64,000 bases of DNA. Source: an uncultured virus (IMG/VR IMGVR_UViG_3300021957_000020). Lineage: Duplodnaviria > Heunggongvirae > Uroviricota > Caudoviricetes. The stretch's first letter is position 1. The number at the start of each line of letters is the position of its first letter. This document shows, in pieces, positions 18,326 through 27,154 of the stretch. A program made the translations under genes and the position numbers. Location of the stretch: the IMG/VR virus record IMGVR_UViG_3300021957_000020; one strand, 5' to 3'. The notes under the pieces were generated by a model. That model was not told the origin of the DNA. It worked only from the letters and a program-made list of their open reading frames with translations, and did not search any database.

Positions 18326-18628
18326 ATGGATACAGCATTCATAGTGATTGGAGGAATAGTATTAGCTGCAGCAGTTTACGCTGTATATGATTCTACCAGA
18401 CCTGCGTCAGGAGTTAGAGCAAGAAATAACAAGGGACATTATATAAAAGATGACCCTTCTACTGCGAAGAACGAAGCTTATGTAGATGGTAAAACACCAC
18501 CTGCAAAAAAGAAAGCTCCGGTAAAACGTAAGCCAGCGGCAAAGAAAAAGCCAGCAGCTAAAAAAACAGTAGCAAAGAAAGCTCCAGCTAAACGCAGAAC
18601 CAATAGAAAAACAGTAGCTAAAAAATAA
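18326..18628 (+). CDS. Membrane-anchored protein with histone H1-like K/A/P tail
   Basis: N-terminal TM; RARNNKGHYIKDDP; KKKAPVKRKPAAKKKPAAKK repeats. Confidence 0.75.
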   Translation: MDTAFIVIGGIVLAAAVYAVYDSTRPASGVRARNNKGHYIKDDPSTAKNEAYVDGKTPPAKKKAPVKRKPAAKKKPAAKKTVAKKAPAKRRTNRKTVAKK

Positions 18629-18644
18629 GTTACAAAATTAGATT

Positions 18645-18815
18645 ATGAAACATATGATCAAATGGCTGAAAATCTCAGCCGCAATCAACGTGTATCTATC
18701 AATCATACTTACTTTTGTTTTAGTAGCATTAATGATTGATATTGGTTTGGATTCTTATTGGCATTCAAATGATTTCATGGAACAATTCTTGTTACAAAAG
18801 AATGATTCTAAGTAA
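18645..18815 (+). CDS. 56-aa membrane peptide (not in ORF track)
   Basis: MKHMIKWLK then a hydrophobic helix. Confidence 0.55.
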   Translation: MKHMIKWLKISAAINVYLSIILTFVLVALMIDIGLDSYWHSNDFMEQFLLQKNDSK

Positions 18816-19047
18816 ATACACAAAAACAATTCAATTACATGTAGGTCTTATTACAGGCCTTCATGTTATTGTCTTATCAATTTTATCATACCCATTTTTC
18901 ATGTTAGTCTGTGCAATATTTTGTACTTTAATAGGATTAAAATGTCAATACGAGTGGGTAACTATTATGGAAGAGCATGAGAATGATTATCATCTTATTA
19001 TAAATAATAGTAGGGATAGTATGGCAGATGGTCTACTATCAAAATAA
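18802..19047 (+). CDS. Small two-TM membrane protein
   Basis: Start MILSKYTK; two hydrophobic segments. Confidence 0.55.
   Translation: MILSKYTKTIQLHVGLITGLHVIVLSILSYPFFMLVCAIFCTLIGLKCQYEWVTIMEEHENDYHLIINNSRDSMADGLLSK
18999..19006 (+). promoter_or_regulatory. Late promoter for the lipoprotein gene
   Basis: TATAAATA. Confidence 0.65.
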
Positions 19048-19052
19048 AAGCA

Positions 19053-19370
19053 ATGGAGAATATAATGCAAAATTTATTTACTCTGTTCGTCGGATTAGTT
19101 CTTATTACGAACTGTGCTTCAATTGGAAGCGTCGTAGAAGGAACCAAGGAGTTTACAACTGGAGTTGTTGACGGTGCTGTAAAAGGTACTTCAACTGTTA
19201 TTTCAGCTGTAGCTTCGGATGTAGTATCCACTGGTGAATTCGTTGTTGAAACAGCTGTTGATGTAGGTAAAACTGCAGTCAATACTGGTACTGGAGTTGT
19301 TCAAAAAGCAGCTAACAGGATCGACGAAGAAACTGACAAACTACAAACTCCTCAACCTGAGGGAAAGTAG
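19053..19370 (+). CDS. Putative lipoprotein (short isoform)
   Basis: Signal peptide with lipobox-like LITNC; amphipathic V/G/T repeats; start may be the second Met (19065). Confidence 0.75.
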   Translation: MENIMQNLFTLFVGLVLITNCASIGSVVEGTKEFTTGVVDGAVKGTSTVISAVASDVVSTGEFVVETAVDVGKTAVNTGTGVVQKAANRIDEETDKLQTPQPEGK

Positions 19371-19519
19371 CTTGGTCTCTCTTTCCACAATATCCTAAAC
19401 AACAAAAGGATATCGAAAAAGAGAGAGTAGTAGTTGGAGAAGCAACTAATGATATAACAGTTATCATAAAAATTGTGAAACGCTACTGTACGCAATATCC
19501 GGAAGAGTGCGAACAATAA
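19361..19519 (+). other. Candidate -1 programmed frameshift site with 50-aa extension ORF
   Basis: G GGA AAG just before the stop; 9+7-bp hairpin at 19376-19426; -1 frame open to TAA at 19519 with no ATG. Confidence 0.7.
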
Positions 19520-19522
19520 ACT

Positions 19523-19549
19523 AAAGGGATCTTTTAGGTCCCTTTTTTT
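19523..19549 (+). terminator. Rho-independent terminator
   Basis: AAAGGGATC/GGTCCCTTT hairpin followed by T-run. Confidence 0.85.
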
Positions 19550-19570
19550 ATGTCTTAGCGTTACAGCTAT

Positions 19571-19578
19571 TATAAATA
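19571..19578 (+). promoter_or_regulatory. Late promoter heading the curli/cyclase operon
   Basis: TATAAATA directly after the terminator. Confidence 0.75.
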
Positions 19579-19609
19579 ACCATATAGATTTTTAATAGAG
19601 GAAAAAACA

Positions 19610-19864
19610 ATGGCAAGTACAATTAAATTATTAGGTTCAGAAGGCAATTTAGGCTCAGCATCTAATGTAGGATTTGCAAAAGTGGTAAGAGTATTGAACA
19701 ATAAAACAGCTGTTCAGGCAATCACTTGGAAAAATGCAGGTGGAACAACTTTAGGAACAATTACTTTGAAAGCAGCAGAAGTAGCTTATATAGAAAAAGC
19801 TTCTACTGATACATTAACTGGTGTCGCAACTTCTTTAGCTGTAGGTGTTGCTTATAGTAACTAA
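19610..19864 (+). CDS. Small beta-rich hypothetical (probable virion) protein
   Basis: 84 aa; RBS GAGG; late promoter. Confidence 0.65.
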   Translation: MASTIKLLGSEGNLGSASNVGFAKVVRVLNNKTAVQAITWKNAGGTTLGTITLKAAEVAYIEKASTDTLTGVATSLAVGVAYSN

Positions 19865-20160
19865 TGGAAGATGTCTTTACACTTATCTCCGAAGTAGGTT
19901 TACCTATAGCTGGAGCTTTAGTAATGGGATTCTTCATTTTTACAATCATCAAACAGATTTTAGAAGGAGTCGTTGATGATATTAAGACGCTTACAATGTT
20001 TTGTTCTAGTTTAGAAAATAGAGCAAGAACAATGAGTAATGAAATGGTCAAGATAGACTTACTCGTAAGTAGCGCATTAGAATTAAGACCAGATATCGAA
20101 AGAATAGCTCGCGCAGAGAACTTTATCGAAGATGGTAAACTTGACGTAAGAAGAGATTAA
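19864..20160 (+). CDS. Single-TM coiled-coil membrane protein
   Basis: LISEVGLPIAGALVMGFFIF; paralog-like to next gene. Confidence 0.7.
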   Translation: MEDVFTLISEVGLPIAGALVMGFFIFTIIKQILEGVVDDIKTLTMFCSSLENRARTMSNEMVKIDLLVSSALELRPDIERIARAENFIEDGKLDVRRD

Positions 20161-20161
20161 T

Positions 20162-20422
20162 ATGGATATTGCGCAATTAATTGCCGATTTTGGCTTTCCA
20201 ACAGTAATGGTTGTAGGTTTAGGCTATTTTGTTTACTTTGTATATAACTTTATTCAAGAACATCTAGATCCAGCAACAGAAAAAATGCATTTTCAATTAA
20301 TTCGAGTCATTGATCAGATGAGAATGTTAGATCAAGACCTTATAAGATTACAACAAAAAGTAGACGTGGTATTGGAATACAGAGAAAATGAAAAGAAAAA
20401 GAGTAGACAAAATGAAGAGTAA
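20162..20422 (+). CDS. Single-TM coiled-coil membrane protein (holin-like N-terminus)
   Basis: LIADFGFPTVMVVGLGYFVYFVY then coiled coil. Confidence 0.7.
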   Translation: MDIAQLIADFGFPTVMVVGLGYFVYFVYNFIQEHLDPATEKMHFQLIRVIDQMRMLDQDLIRLQQKVDVVLEYRENEKKKSRQNEE

Positions 20423-20930
20423 CGCTGAATTATTAACACTTATTAGCGTCTTCGTCGTATCAATTATGGCTATTACTCCTGCTAACGCCACAGAAATTGT
20501 ACACAAGTTTAAAAATCCTTCCTTTAGTGGACAAGGTACAGCATCTCATTATCTTACAGTAGAAAACCAAGAGTTCTCTCGTAAGAAATCAATAGAAGAA
20601 GCATTAGCTGCAGCAGAAAAAGCAGCACAAAGAGAAGCTGATAATACGACATTAGCAAAATTCATTCGTAACTTAGAATCAAGAATATATGCTCAAATGT
20701 CGAAACAACTTGTAGAAAGTATGTTTCAAAATGATAATGCTGTAAGATTTGGATCTTTTACATTAGAAGGTTCAATAGTAACATATGAAGTGATAACCAA
20801 TGCAGATGGTTCAGAATTTATTAAAATGACTATAGTAGATACCGACGGTACGGAAACAATAATTGAAATCCCAATCGGTAGTGGATATTTCGGGAGCGAC
20901 TATGGTACGACACCACCTGACGGCGGCTAG
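20412..20930 (+). CDS. csgF: Curli assembly protein CsgF
   Basis: Signal peptide ending ANA, mature N-terminus TEIVHKFKNPSFSG (CsgF NPxFGG motif), FIRNLESRIYAQMSKQL. Confidence 0.85.
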   Translation: MKSNAELLTLISVFVVSIMAITPANATEIVHKFKNPSFSGQGTASHYLTVENQEFSRKKSIEEALAAAEKAAQREADNTTLAKFIRNLESRIYAQMSKQLVESMFQNDNAVRFGSFTLEGSIVTYEVITNADGSEFIKMTIVDTDGTETIIEIPIGSGYFGSDYGTTPPDGG

Positions 20931-21825
20931 TTTAGCAGTCATTATATTACTGTCTAGCTGTGCTCAAATACCAAGATACACAGAAGATCCGACTATCTGT
21001 AATCCAGATATGTGGGGTGATCAATATAATCATAATGTAGTTGAATGGGTTAAAGCAAGCGGTAGAGTATTTAAAAAAGCCATGCCATACATCTGCGTTG
21101 ATGTACCTGAAATTGTTAATATGCCGTCATACTTTCAATTATTAGATATACCACCAGCTGATAAAAAACCAGTTGTAGCAGTTTATAAATTCCAAGACCT
21201 AACAGGACAAAGAAAAGCTCTTGATGGTATTGCCTCATTTAGTACTGCAGTAACACAAGGTGCTGATGCTATGTTAATTGATGCATTAAAGAGCGCAGGT
21301 GGAGGAACTTGGTTCCGCGTGGTAGAGCGACAAGGATTAGACCACCTTGTACGAGAAAGACAAATTATACGAAGTGCACGCCAAGATATTGCAAAGGCAA
21401 AAGGCGAAGACGAAGCACAAGGAATACAACCAATGTTATTTGCTGGAATGATTATAGAAGGCGGTATTATTGGTTACGATACTAACATCTTATCTGGTGG
21501 ACGAGGCGCACGGACTCTGGGTATAGGTGCAAGTAGACAATATCGTAAAGATGTTGTCACAATCTCTATAAGAGCTGTTTCAGTTCTGACTGGAGAGGTT
21601 TTATTAAACGTCCAAAGTAAGAAGACTATCCTATCTTACGGCAGTGGAGGAGACGTATTTAGGTTCATAGAACAAGGTACGCAATTAATAGAGTATGAGG
21701 ACGGAGTGGGTAAAAATGAGTCAGTGACATATGCAGTACGATCAGCTATTGAAGCAGGAGTACTAGAATTAATCAACCAAGGACATGATAGAGGTTTTTG
21801 GGTTATAAAAGGAAAAGAAAAATGA
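20902..21825 (+). CDS. csgG: Curli secretion channel lipoprotein CsgG
   Basis: Lipobox LSSC; VAVYKFQDLTGQRK, FSTAVTQGA, WFRVVERQGL, EGGIIGYDTN, GGRGARTLGIG. Confidence 0.95.
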   Translation: MVRHHLTAASLAVIILLSSCAQIPRYTEDPTICNPDMWGDQYNHNVVEWVKASGRVFKKAMPYICVDVPEIVNMPSYFQLLDIPPADKKPVVAVYKFQDLTGQRKALDGIASFSTAVTQGADAMLIDALKSAGGGTWFRVVERQGLDHLVRERQIIRSARQDIAKAKGEDEAQGIQPMLFAGMIIEGGIIGYDTNILSGGRGARTLGIGASRQYRKDVVTISIRAVSVLTGEVLLNVQSKKTILSYGSGGDVFRFIEQGTQLIEYEDGVGKNESVTYAVRSAIEAGVLELINQGHDRGFWVIKGKEK

Positions 21826-22547
21826 TAAAATATATATTAGGCCTAAGCTTATTTTTCAGTTCTTTGACTTTTGCACAAGCATCTGATGATAATGAAATTA
21901 ATATTACACAAGTTGGTGATACATTAACTTTGTATATTGACCAAGTAGGATATGGTAACAAGATTGGACTAGATAACTTTAGTTCATCTTCGTCTGCTTC
22001 TCCAATTACTGGTTCTTCATTAACTTTCAATATCGATCAGTTAGGTAACGAGAACTTACTCTTTGGTAAGGTCACAGCAGACTCATCATCATACACTTTA
22101 GAGTGGAATGGCGATAGTAATGTTTGGGACTGGATGATAGGACAATCTGGTTCATCAGATAGTTCAAATTTTCTGGTTGATATTACTGGAGATTCAAATA
22201 CAATGGATTTGGATCAAGGTTCTTTAGCTAGTGCAGAAAGATTAGACTTTGACTTAACAGTGTTAGGTAGTTCAAATGTATTTGATGTTGATGTAGAAAC
22301 TGATGATGTCACATGGAATTTTGACATTACTGGTAGTACAAATAATATTAATACTTTACAAAAAGATGGATTCTATCAAGAGATTAATTTTACTCTTGAC
22401 GGTTCTGGAGCTGATGTAGACATTAACCAATTATCTGGTACATGTCCTACTGGCATTTCAGCTTGTAAAGGTATTATCACACTTGATGTAGATAGTGAAA
22501 ATGCAACAATTCAAATCAATCAAAAAGATACAGCTGGCGATAGTTAA
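21822..22547 (+). CDS. Secreted curlin-repeat protein (CsgA/CsgB-like) 1
   Basis: Signal peptide; recurring Q/T-x-G-x-x-N repeats about every 23 aa; C-terminal CPTGISAC. Confidence 0.7.
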   Translation: MIKYILGLSLFFSSLTFAQASDDNEINITQVGDTLTLYIDQVGYGNKIGLDNFSSSSSASPITGSSLTFNIDQLGNENLLFGKVTADSSSYTLEWNGDSNVWDWMIGQSGSSDSSNFLVDITGDSNTMDLDQGSLASAERLDFDLTVLGSSNVFDVDVETDDVTWNFDITGSTNNINTLQKDGFYQEINFTLDGSGADVDINQLSGTCPTGISACKGIITLDVDSENATIQINQKDTAGDS

Positions 22548-23655
22548 TTTTTTACTCATAGGGTCCGTTTCGGCGGACTCTATCGGGTCTATAGTAGAAC
22601 AATCAGGTTCTGCTCAACTCAAAAGACAACAAGAAGAAATAATAATTACAGAAGAGTCTCTGCCTGAGATCGAATTGAATGATGTGGCAGAAACAGCGAA
22701 TGGTAAACTTAAAATAAAGTTTTTAGATAATGCTCAATTAGATATTAAAGAACATAGTGAAGTATTAATTGATGAGATCTATTACGATCCTGATCCTTCA
22801 CTCTCTAAAATGTCAATGAAATTTACAATGGGAACAGCAAGATTTGCTTCAGGTTCTCTTGGATTAGTAAATAAAGCAAACATTGATATACAAACACCAA
22901 CAGCCACGATTGGTATTCGTGGTACAGATTTCACTACAACAATTGATGAACTTGGTAGAAGTTTAATTATGTTATTGCCAGATGCAAATGGTGATCCATC
23001 TGGAGAGATTACAGTAACAAATGAAGCTGGAGTTATTACTCTGAATCAAGCGTATCAAGCAACAATGGTACAAAGTTTAAATACAATGCCAACAAAGCCA
23101 GTTACGATTGGTGGTATTACTCCATCGATGATTGATAACATGTTTATCGTGAATCCACCAACAGAAGTAAAACAAGCCATACAAGACCAAGTGGATAATG
23201 ATTTAAATAAAGATCAAGGAATATTAGATGTTGATTTTTTAGAGTATAATGAATTGGATAAAACCATAGATGATTATTACGAAGAGGATAAAGACTATAA
23301 TCGTATTGATGTCGACTTTTTAGCAGGCGAATTCCTACCAGATTTGTTAGATGTGGTAGAAGAATTAGTAAAAACCAAAAGGGTTCTTGGAGATAAACAA
23401 GCTTCATCAAGCTCTGGTGGATCAGCTGGGTTTAAACTTGAGGGTGCAACACTTGGCTTAAATAAAGATAGCCAATATAATGTATTCCTTGAAGATGGCG
23501 GTATTATATTCTATCGAGATGTAAATGGTATTATTAATCTTAAGTTCGAAGCAGGAGCTGAGGTAACACTTAATACTATTGTTGATGGATATGAAGGAAC
23601 AATACGAATGAACGGTGGTGATGATATAAATATATACATAAGGCAGGTAAATTAA
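22501..23655 (+). CDS. FecR-domain exported protein
   Basis: ETANGKLKIKFLDN, GTARFASG, IQTPTATIGIRGTDF, GEITVTN motifs of FecR periplasmic domains. Confidence 0.85.
   Translation: MQQFKSIKKIQLAIVNFLLIGSVSADSIGSIVEQSGSAQLKRQQEEIIITEESLPEIELNDVAETANGKLKIKFLDNAQLDIKEHSEVLIDEIYYDPDPSLSKMSMKFTMGTARFASGSLGLVNKANIDIQTPTATIGIRGTDFTTTIDELGRSLIMLLPDANGDPSGEITVTNEAGVITLNQAYQATMVQSLNTMPTKPVTIGGITPSMIDNMFIVNPPTEVKQAIQDQVDNDLNKDQGILDVDFLEYNELDKTIDDYYEEDKDYNRIDVDFLAGEFLPDLLDVVEELVKTKRVLGDKQASSSSGGSAGFKLEGATLGLNKDSQYNVFLEDGGIIFYRDVNGIINLKFEAGAEVTLNTIVDGYEGTIRMNGGDDINIYIRQVN
23625..23632 (+). promoter_or_regulatory. Internal late promoter for second curlin-like gene
   Basis: TATAAATA about 22 nt upstream of 23655. 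Confidence 0.6.
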
Positions 23656-24302
23656 TGAAAACAATAGCATATATATGGCTCATTTCTTTTTGCACTCTTG
23701 CATTTGCAGGAGATAATCATGTGCATATAGAACAGGTCAATGGTGGAGATAACGTCGATATTGAGATCACTCAAATTGGATATGATAACGAAATAAAATT
23801 TTCATTTGATCATCAAAATAATATATTTGATTTAAGCCAAACTGGAAACGGAAATTCTATATCATGGGTTTCATATTGGGGACCAGGCAAAAGTTGGGGT
23901 GGTGATGTTGATGGCACAAACAATAACGAATCAGTAATTCAACTTAATGGTGCAACTTATGGTCGACATATATGGGGCAATAGTAATGATGTTGATGTAT
24001 ATCAAAATGGAACACATACTCATAACTTAGATTTACATGCAAGTTCAGTAGATCATGACCTATGGCAAGAAGGAAGTGGTAGTCATTATAATCATACTTA
24101 TTTTTATGGCTCATCATCTTATTCAGATACGAATATAATGCAAAAAGGAACTGGTTCGCATAACTCTCAAGTAACATTAACGGGTTCATATGCAACTACA
24201 TTAAACGTATTACAACAAGGATCAGTAAATCAAACATATAGTTTAACACAAAACTGCCAAACAAGTAATGGTTGTTCAGTTTCAGTAACACAAGGAAATT
24301 AA
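23655..24302 (+). CDS. Secreted curlin-repeat protein (CsgA/CsgB-like) 2, His-rich
   Basis: Signal peptide ending AFA; repeats ITQIGYDN, LSQTGNGN, VYQNGTH, LWQEGSG, IMQKGTG, VLQQGSVN. Confidence 0.75.
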   Translation: MKTIAYIWLISFCTLAFAGDNHVHIEQVNGGDNVDIEITQIGYDNEIKFSFDHQNNIFDLSQTGNGNSISWVSYWGPGKSWGGDVDGTNNNESVIQLNGATYGRHIWGNSNDVDVYQNGTHTHNLDLHASSVDHDLWQEGSGSHYNHTYFYGSSSYSDTNIMQKGTGSHNSQVTLTGSYATTLNVLQQGSVNQTYSLTQNCQTSNGCSVSVTQGN

Positions 24303-24303
24303 C

Positions 24304-24570
24304 ATGATAGAATGTCCACCAGAGTTTTACGAATGTCTTACCGAAGAAGAGTACGATGAGATTCTAGAAATCTTCGAAGAGAATGATATGGTTATGCCAG
24401 AATCAATGGAATCAAGAGGAGACGCAGAAGCTGCAGTGGATTTTGTATGGCAGGTTTTATTCTTGGCACCTTGGGAGCTTGCTTATATAGCATTGCCTAT
24501 GAGTGTATTAGCATTCTACGGACTTTCAATATATACAGTATTTAAAATGATACAAAAGAAATATTCATAA
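24304..24570 (+). CDS. Small acidic membrane protein
   Basis: CPPEFYEC acidic N-terminus; hydrophobic C-terminus. Confidence 0.65.
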   Translation: MIECPPEFYECLTEEEYDEILEIFEENDMVMPESMESRGDAEAAVDFVWQVLFLAPWELAYIALPMSVLAFYGLSIYTVFKMIQKKYS

Positions 24571-24992
24571 TGGCATATAGTAAAGAAGTAGTAGACAGAT
24601 TCGAATCAGTATTAGCTAACCCAGCTAAACACTCTGTTGGAAGATTCGATCCAAACGATAAAACAGTTATAACGGGAATGGTCGGCGCTCCAGCTTGTGG
24701 CGATGTCATGAAACTAGATTTAAAGATGAATGGTAACATAATAGAAGACGTTAAGTTTAAAACATACGGCTGTGGTTCAGCAATAGCATCATCAACTCTT
24801 TTCGTAGAGATGTTAAAAGGTAAAACAATAGAAGAAGCTCAAAGTATAAAAGATAAAGATATTGCTGAAGCTTTACAATTACCTGCAATTAAATTACATT
24901 GTTCAGTATTAGCTGAAGATGCAATAAGACAAGCTATTTCAAACTGGAAACCTGATACTATGATCGGGCATAATAATCCACCAAAATCATGA
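24570..24992 (+). CDS. iscU: Fe-S cluster scaffold IscU
   Basis: GAPACGDVM, FKTYGCGSAIASS, LPAIKLHCS (LPPVK-like). Confidence 0.95.
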   Translation: MAYSKEVVDRFESVLANPAKHSVGRFDPNDKTVITGMVGAPACGDVMKLDLKMNGNIIEDVKFKTYGCGSAIASSTLFVEMLKGKTIEEAQSIKDKDIAEALQLPAIKLHCSVLAEDAIRQAISNWKPDTMIGHNNPPKS

Positions 24993-25303
24993 TAGAGATA
25001 ACAAATGAAGCAATTACAAAACTTATACAAAAGACTAAAGGAAAGAGCAATACCATTCGCATTGGCGTCACTGGCGGTGGGTGTGCTGGTTATGAATATA
25101 TATTTGATTATGAATCCACAATACTTGCCGAAGACAATGTGTACAATTTCGGAAAATTCAACATCGTTATTAACAATGAATCATTGCCCTTTTTATCCGA
25201 TGTCACTTTAGACTATATCACTCTTGGTTTAAATGAATCATTCAAAATAATTAATCCGGCTGAAAAATCTGCATGTGGGTGTGGCGTTTCAGTACAATTT
25301 TAG
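24989..25303 (+). CDS. iscA: A-type Fe-S carrier (IscA/HesB family)
   Basis: GGGCAGYEY, TLDY, NP, CGCG. Confidence 0.9.
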   Translation: MIEITNEAITKLIQKTKGKSNTIRIGVTGGGCAGYEYIFDYESTILAEDNVYNFGKFNIVINNESLPFLSDVTLDYITLGLNESFKIINPAEKSACGCGVSVQF

Positions 25304-25324
25304 TATAACACTGTATAACACTTT

Positions 25325-27154
25325 ATGAAATATTTAACAAGCATTTGGACAACAATTATATTGGGTATAACACTTTTAGGTGTAAGAATATCTGATCCTC
25401 AGTTAGTTGAACAGTTTAGGTTAAATATATTCGACCAAGTAATACAATCAATGCCAGTAGAACATTCTAATGATATAGTGTTGTTGAACATATCCGAGTC
25501 TTCACTCGAAGCCTATGGGCAATACCCTTGGCCGCGTCAGAATCACGCAGCAGTGATTTCTGATCTGAGGAACGCAAATGCTGGTATGATTGGGTTCACT
25601 ATTATGTTTCCAGAGGCTGACAGGTTTGGCGGTGATGAAGTTTTTGCTTCTTGGATTAATGGTAATGGAATAATACTTGCACAAGACGCTGACGAAAATG
25701 GAAGAAGTTCTAAAGCACCTTATGTAGGGTATGCAACATTTGGTTATTCGGGTGATATACTAGATCTTACTTATCGATATAAAGGATTAGTTACTAACAT
25801 AGAAGAGTTAGAGAAACATTCATGGGGAGTAGGATTACTTAATGGTGCGCCAGAAGTAGATAATCAGACGCGTAGGATACCATTAATGTCACAAGTCAAT
25901 GGGAATGTCTACCCATCATTTGCACTAGAAACGGTACGAGCACTACAAAATAAGAAATCGTATACTGTTAAATTAAATGAATCAGGAATAGAATCTATTA
26001 TACTTAGACCTTTTATAATACCTACTGATGAAAGAGGAAGTATCTGGTTAAAGTGGAATACACATTTTGATAGCTATGATTATGGAAAGCCTTTACCAGA
26101 TTTAAAAGGAAAGACAGTTATAATAGGAGTAACGGCTAAAGGTATATCACCTCAGATTACAACTCCAGCTGGACTTCTATATCCTCATCAATTACAAGCA
26201 AATGCTTTGCAGACTATAATATCTGACTCTCCGATATCTCGTCCTCAATGGACATTTGCTGCTGAGTTGGGAATGATTCTGATTGGGAGTCTGCTGATAG
26301 TTCTAGCTGTTTATTATCTACCGATCTGGATAGGACTTGTGTTCTTCGTCGGTTCCGCTGCTGCCGTATGCTACGCTGTTTATTACGCCTGGTACGAATT
26401 TTCTATACTCCTCGATTTATCAGCTTCTCTATTAATATATATACTTTTACTCACCTCATCGAGTTTCAATAACTTTTACAAGCAATTTGTTTTACGACAG
26501 CAAATAAAGAAACAGTTTGGCACATATGTATCTCCTGATCTTGTTAAGCAACTACAAGAAGACCCATCATTACTTAAGCTTGGTGGTGAAAGAAAAGACA
26601 TGACCTTTATGTTTATGGATATATGTGGATTTACTCCAATATCAGAACACTATAAGAATAATGACGATCCAGAAGGTCTTGTAGTTCTTATAAATAATTA
26701 TTTAGATACCATGACAAAGATTGTTTTAAAGAATGGTGGAACAATAGATAAATTCATGGGTGATTGCATTATGGCATTCTGGAACGCTCCATTGCCATGT
26801 GAAGATCATCCACAAAAAGCGATAGATACCGCTAGGGAAATTACAGATGCAGCTGACATACTTATTAAAGAACTCGAAAATCAAGGCTTGCCTAGGATTG
26901 ATATTGGCATTGGTATCAACACAGGTACTTGCATCGTTGGAAACATGGGATCCGAAGAGCGGTTTGACTATTCCGTTATTGGCGATGCCGTCAACCTTGG
27001 GGCTAGACTCGAAGGACAAACTCGCAATTACGATGGGGTTCGAGTGTTGCTGGGCCCAGAAACATATCAACGCAGTAAAGACGGAAGCCTCACTTTTGTT
27101 GATTCCATCCAAGTTAAAGGAAAGTCAGAAAAGGTGGACATTTACACTTGTTAG
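25325..27154 (+). CDS. CHASE2-domain class III adenylate cyclase
   Basis: GQYPWPR CHASE2 motif, three TM helices, FMDICGFT, DKFMGDCIM, GIGINTG, DYSVIGDAVNLGARLE, VKGK. Confidence 0.95.
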   Translation: MKYLTSIWTTIILGITLLGVRISDPQLVEQFRLNIFDQVIQSMPVEHSNDIVLLNISESSLEAYGQYPWPRQNHAAVISDLRNANAGMIGFTIMFPEADRFGGDEVFASWINGNGIILAQDADENGRSSKAPYVGYATFGYSGDILDLTYRYKGLVTNIEELEKHSWGVGLLNGAPEVDNQTRRIPLMSQVNGNVYPSFALETVRALQNKKSYTVKLNESGIESIILRPFIIPTDERGSIWLKWNTHFDSYDYGKPLPDLKGKTVIIGVTAKGISPQITTPAGLLYPHQLQANALQTIISDSPISRPQWTFAAELGMILIGSLLIVLAVYYLPIWIGLVFFVGSAAAVCYAVYYAWYEFSILLDLSASLLIYILLLTSSSFNNFYKQFVLRQQIKKQFGTYVSPDLVKQLQEDPSLLKLGGERKDMTFMFMDICGFTPISEHYKNNDDPEGLVVLINNYLDTMTKIVLKNGGTIDKFMGDCIMAFWNAPLPCEDHPQKAIDTAREITDAADILIKELENQGLPRIDIGIGINTGTCIVGNMGSEERFDYSVIGDAVNLGARLEGQTRNYDGVRVLLGPETYQRSKDGSLTFVDSIQVKGKSEKVDIYTC

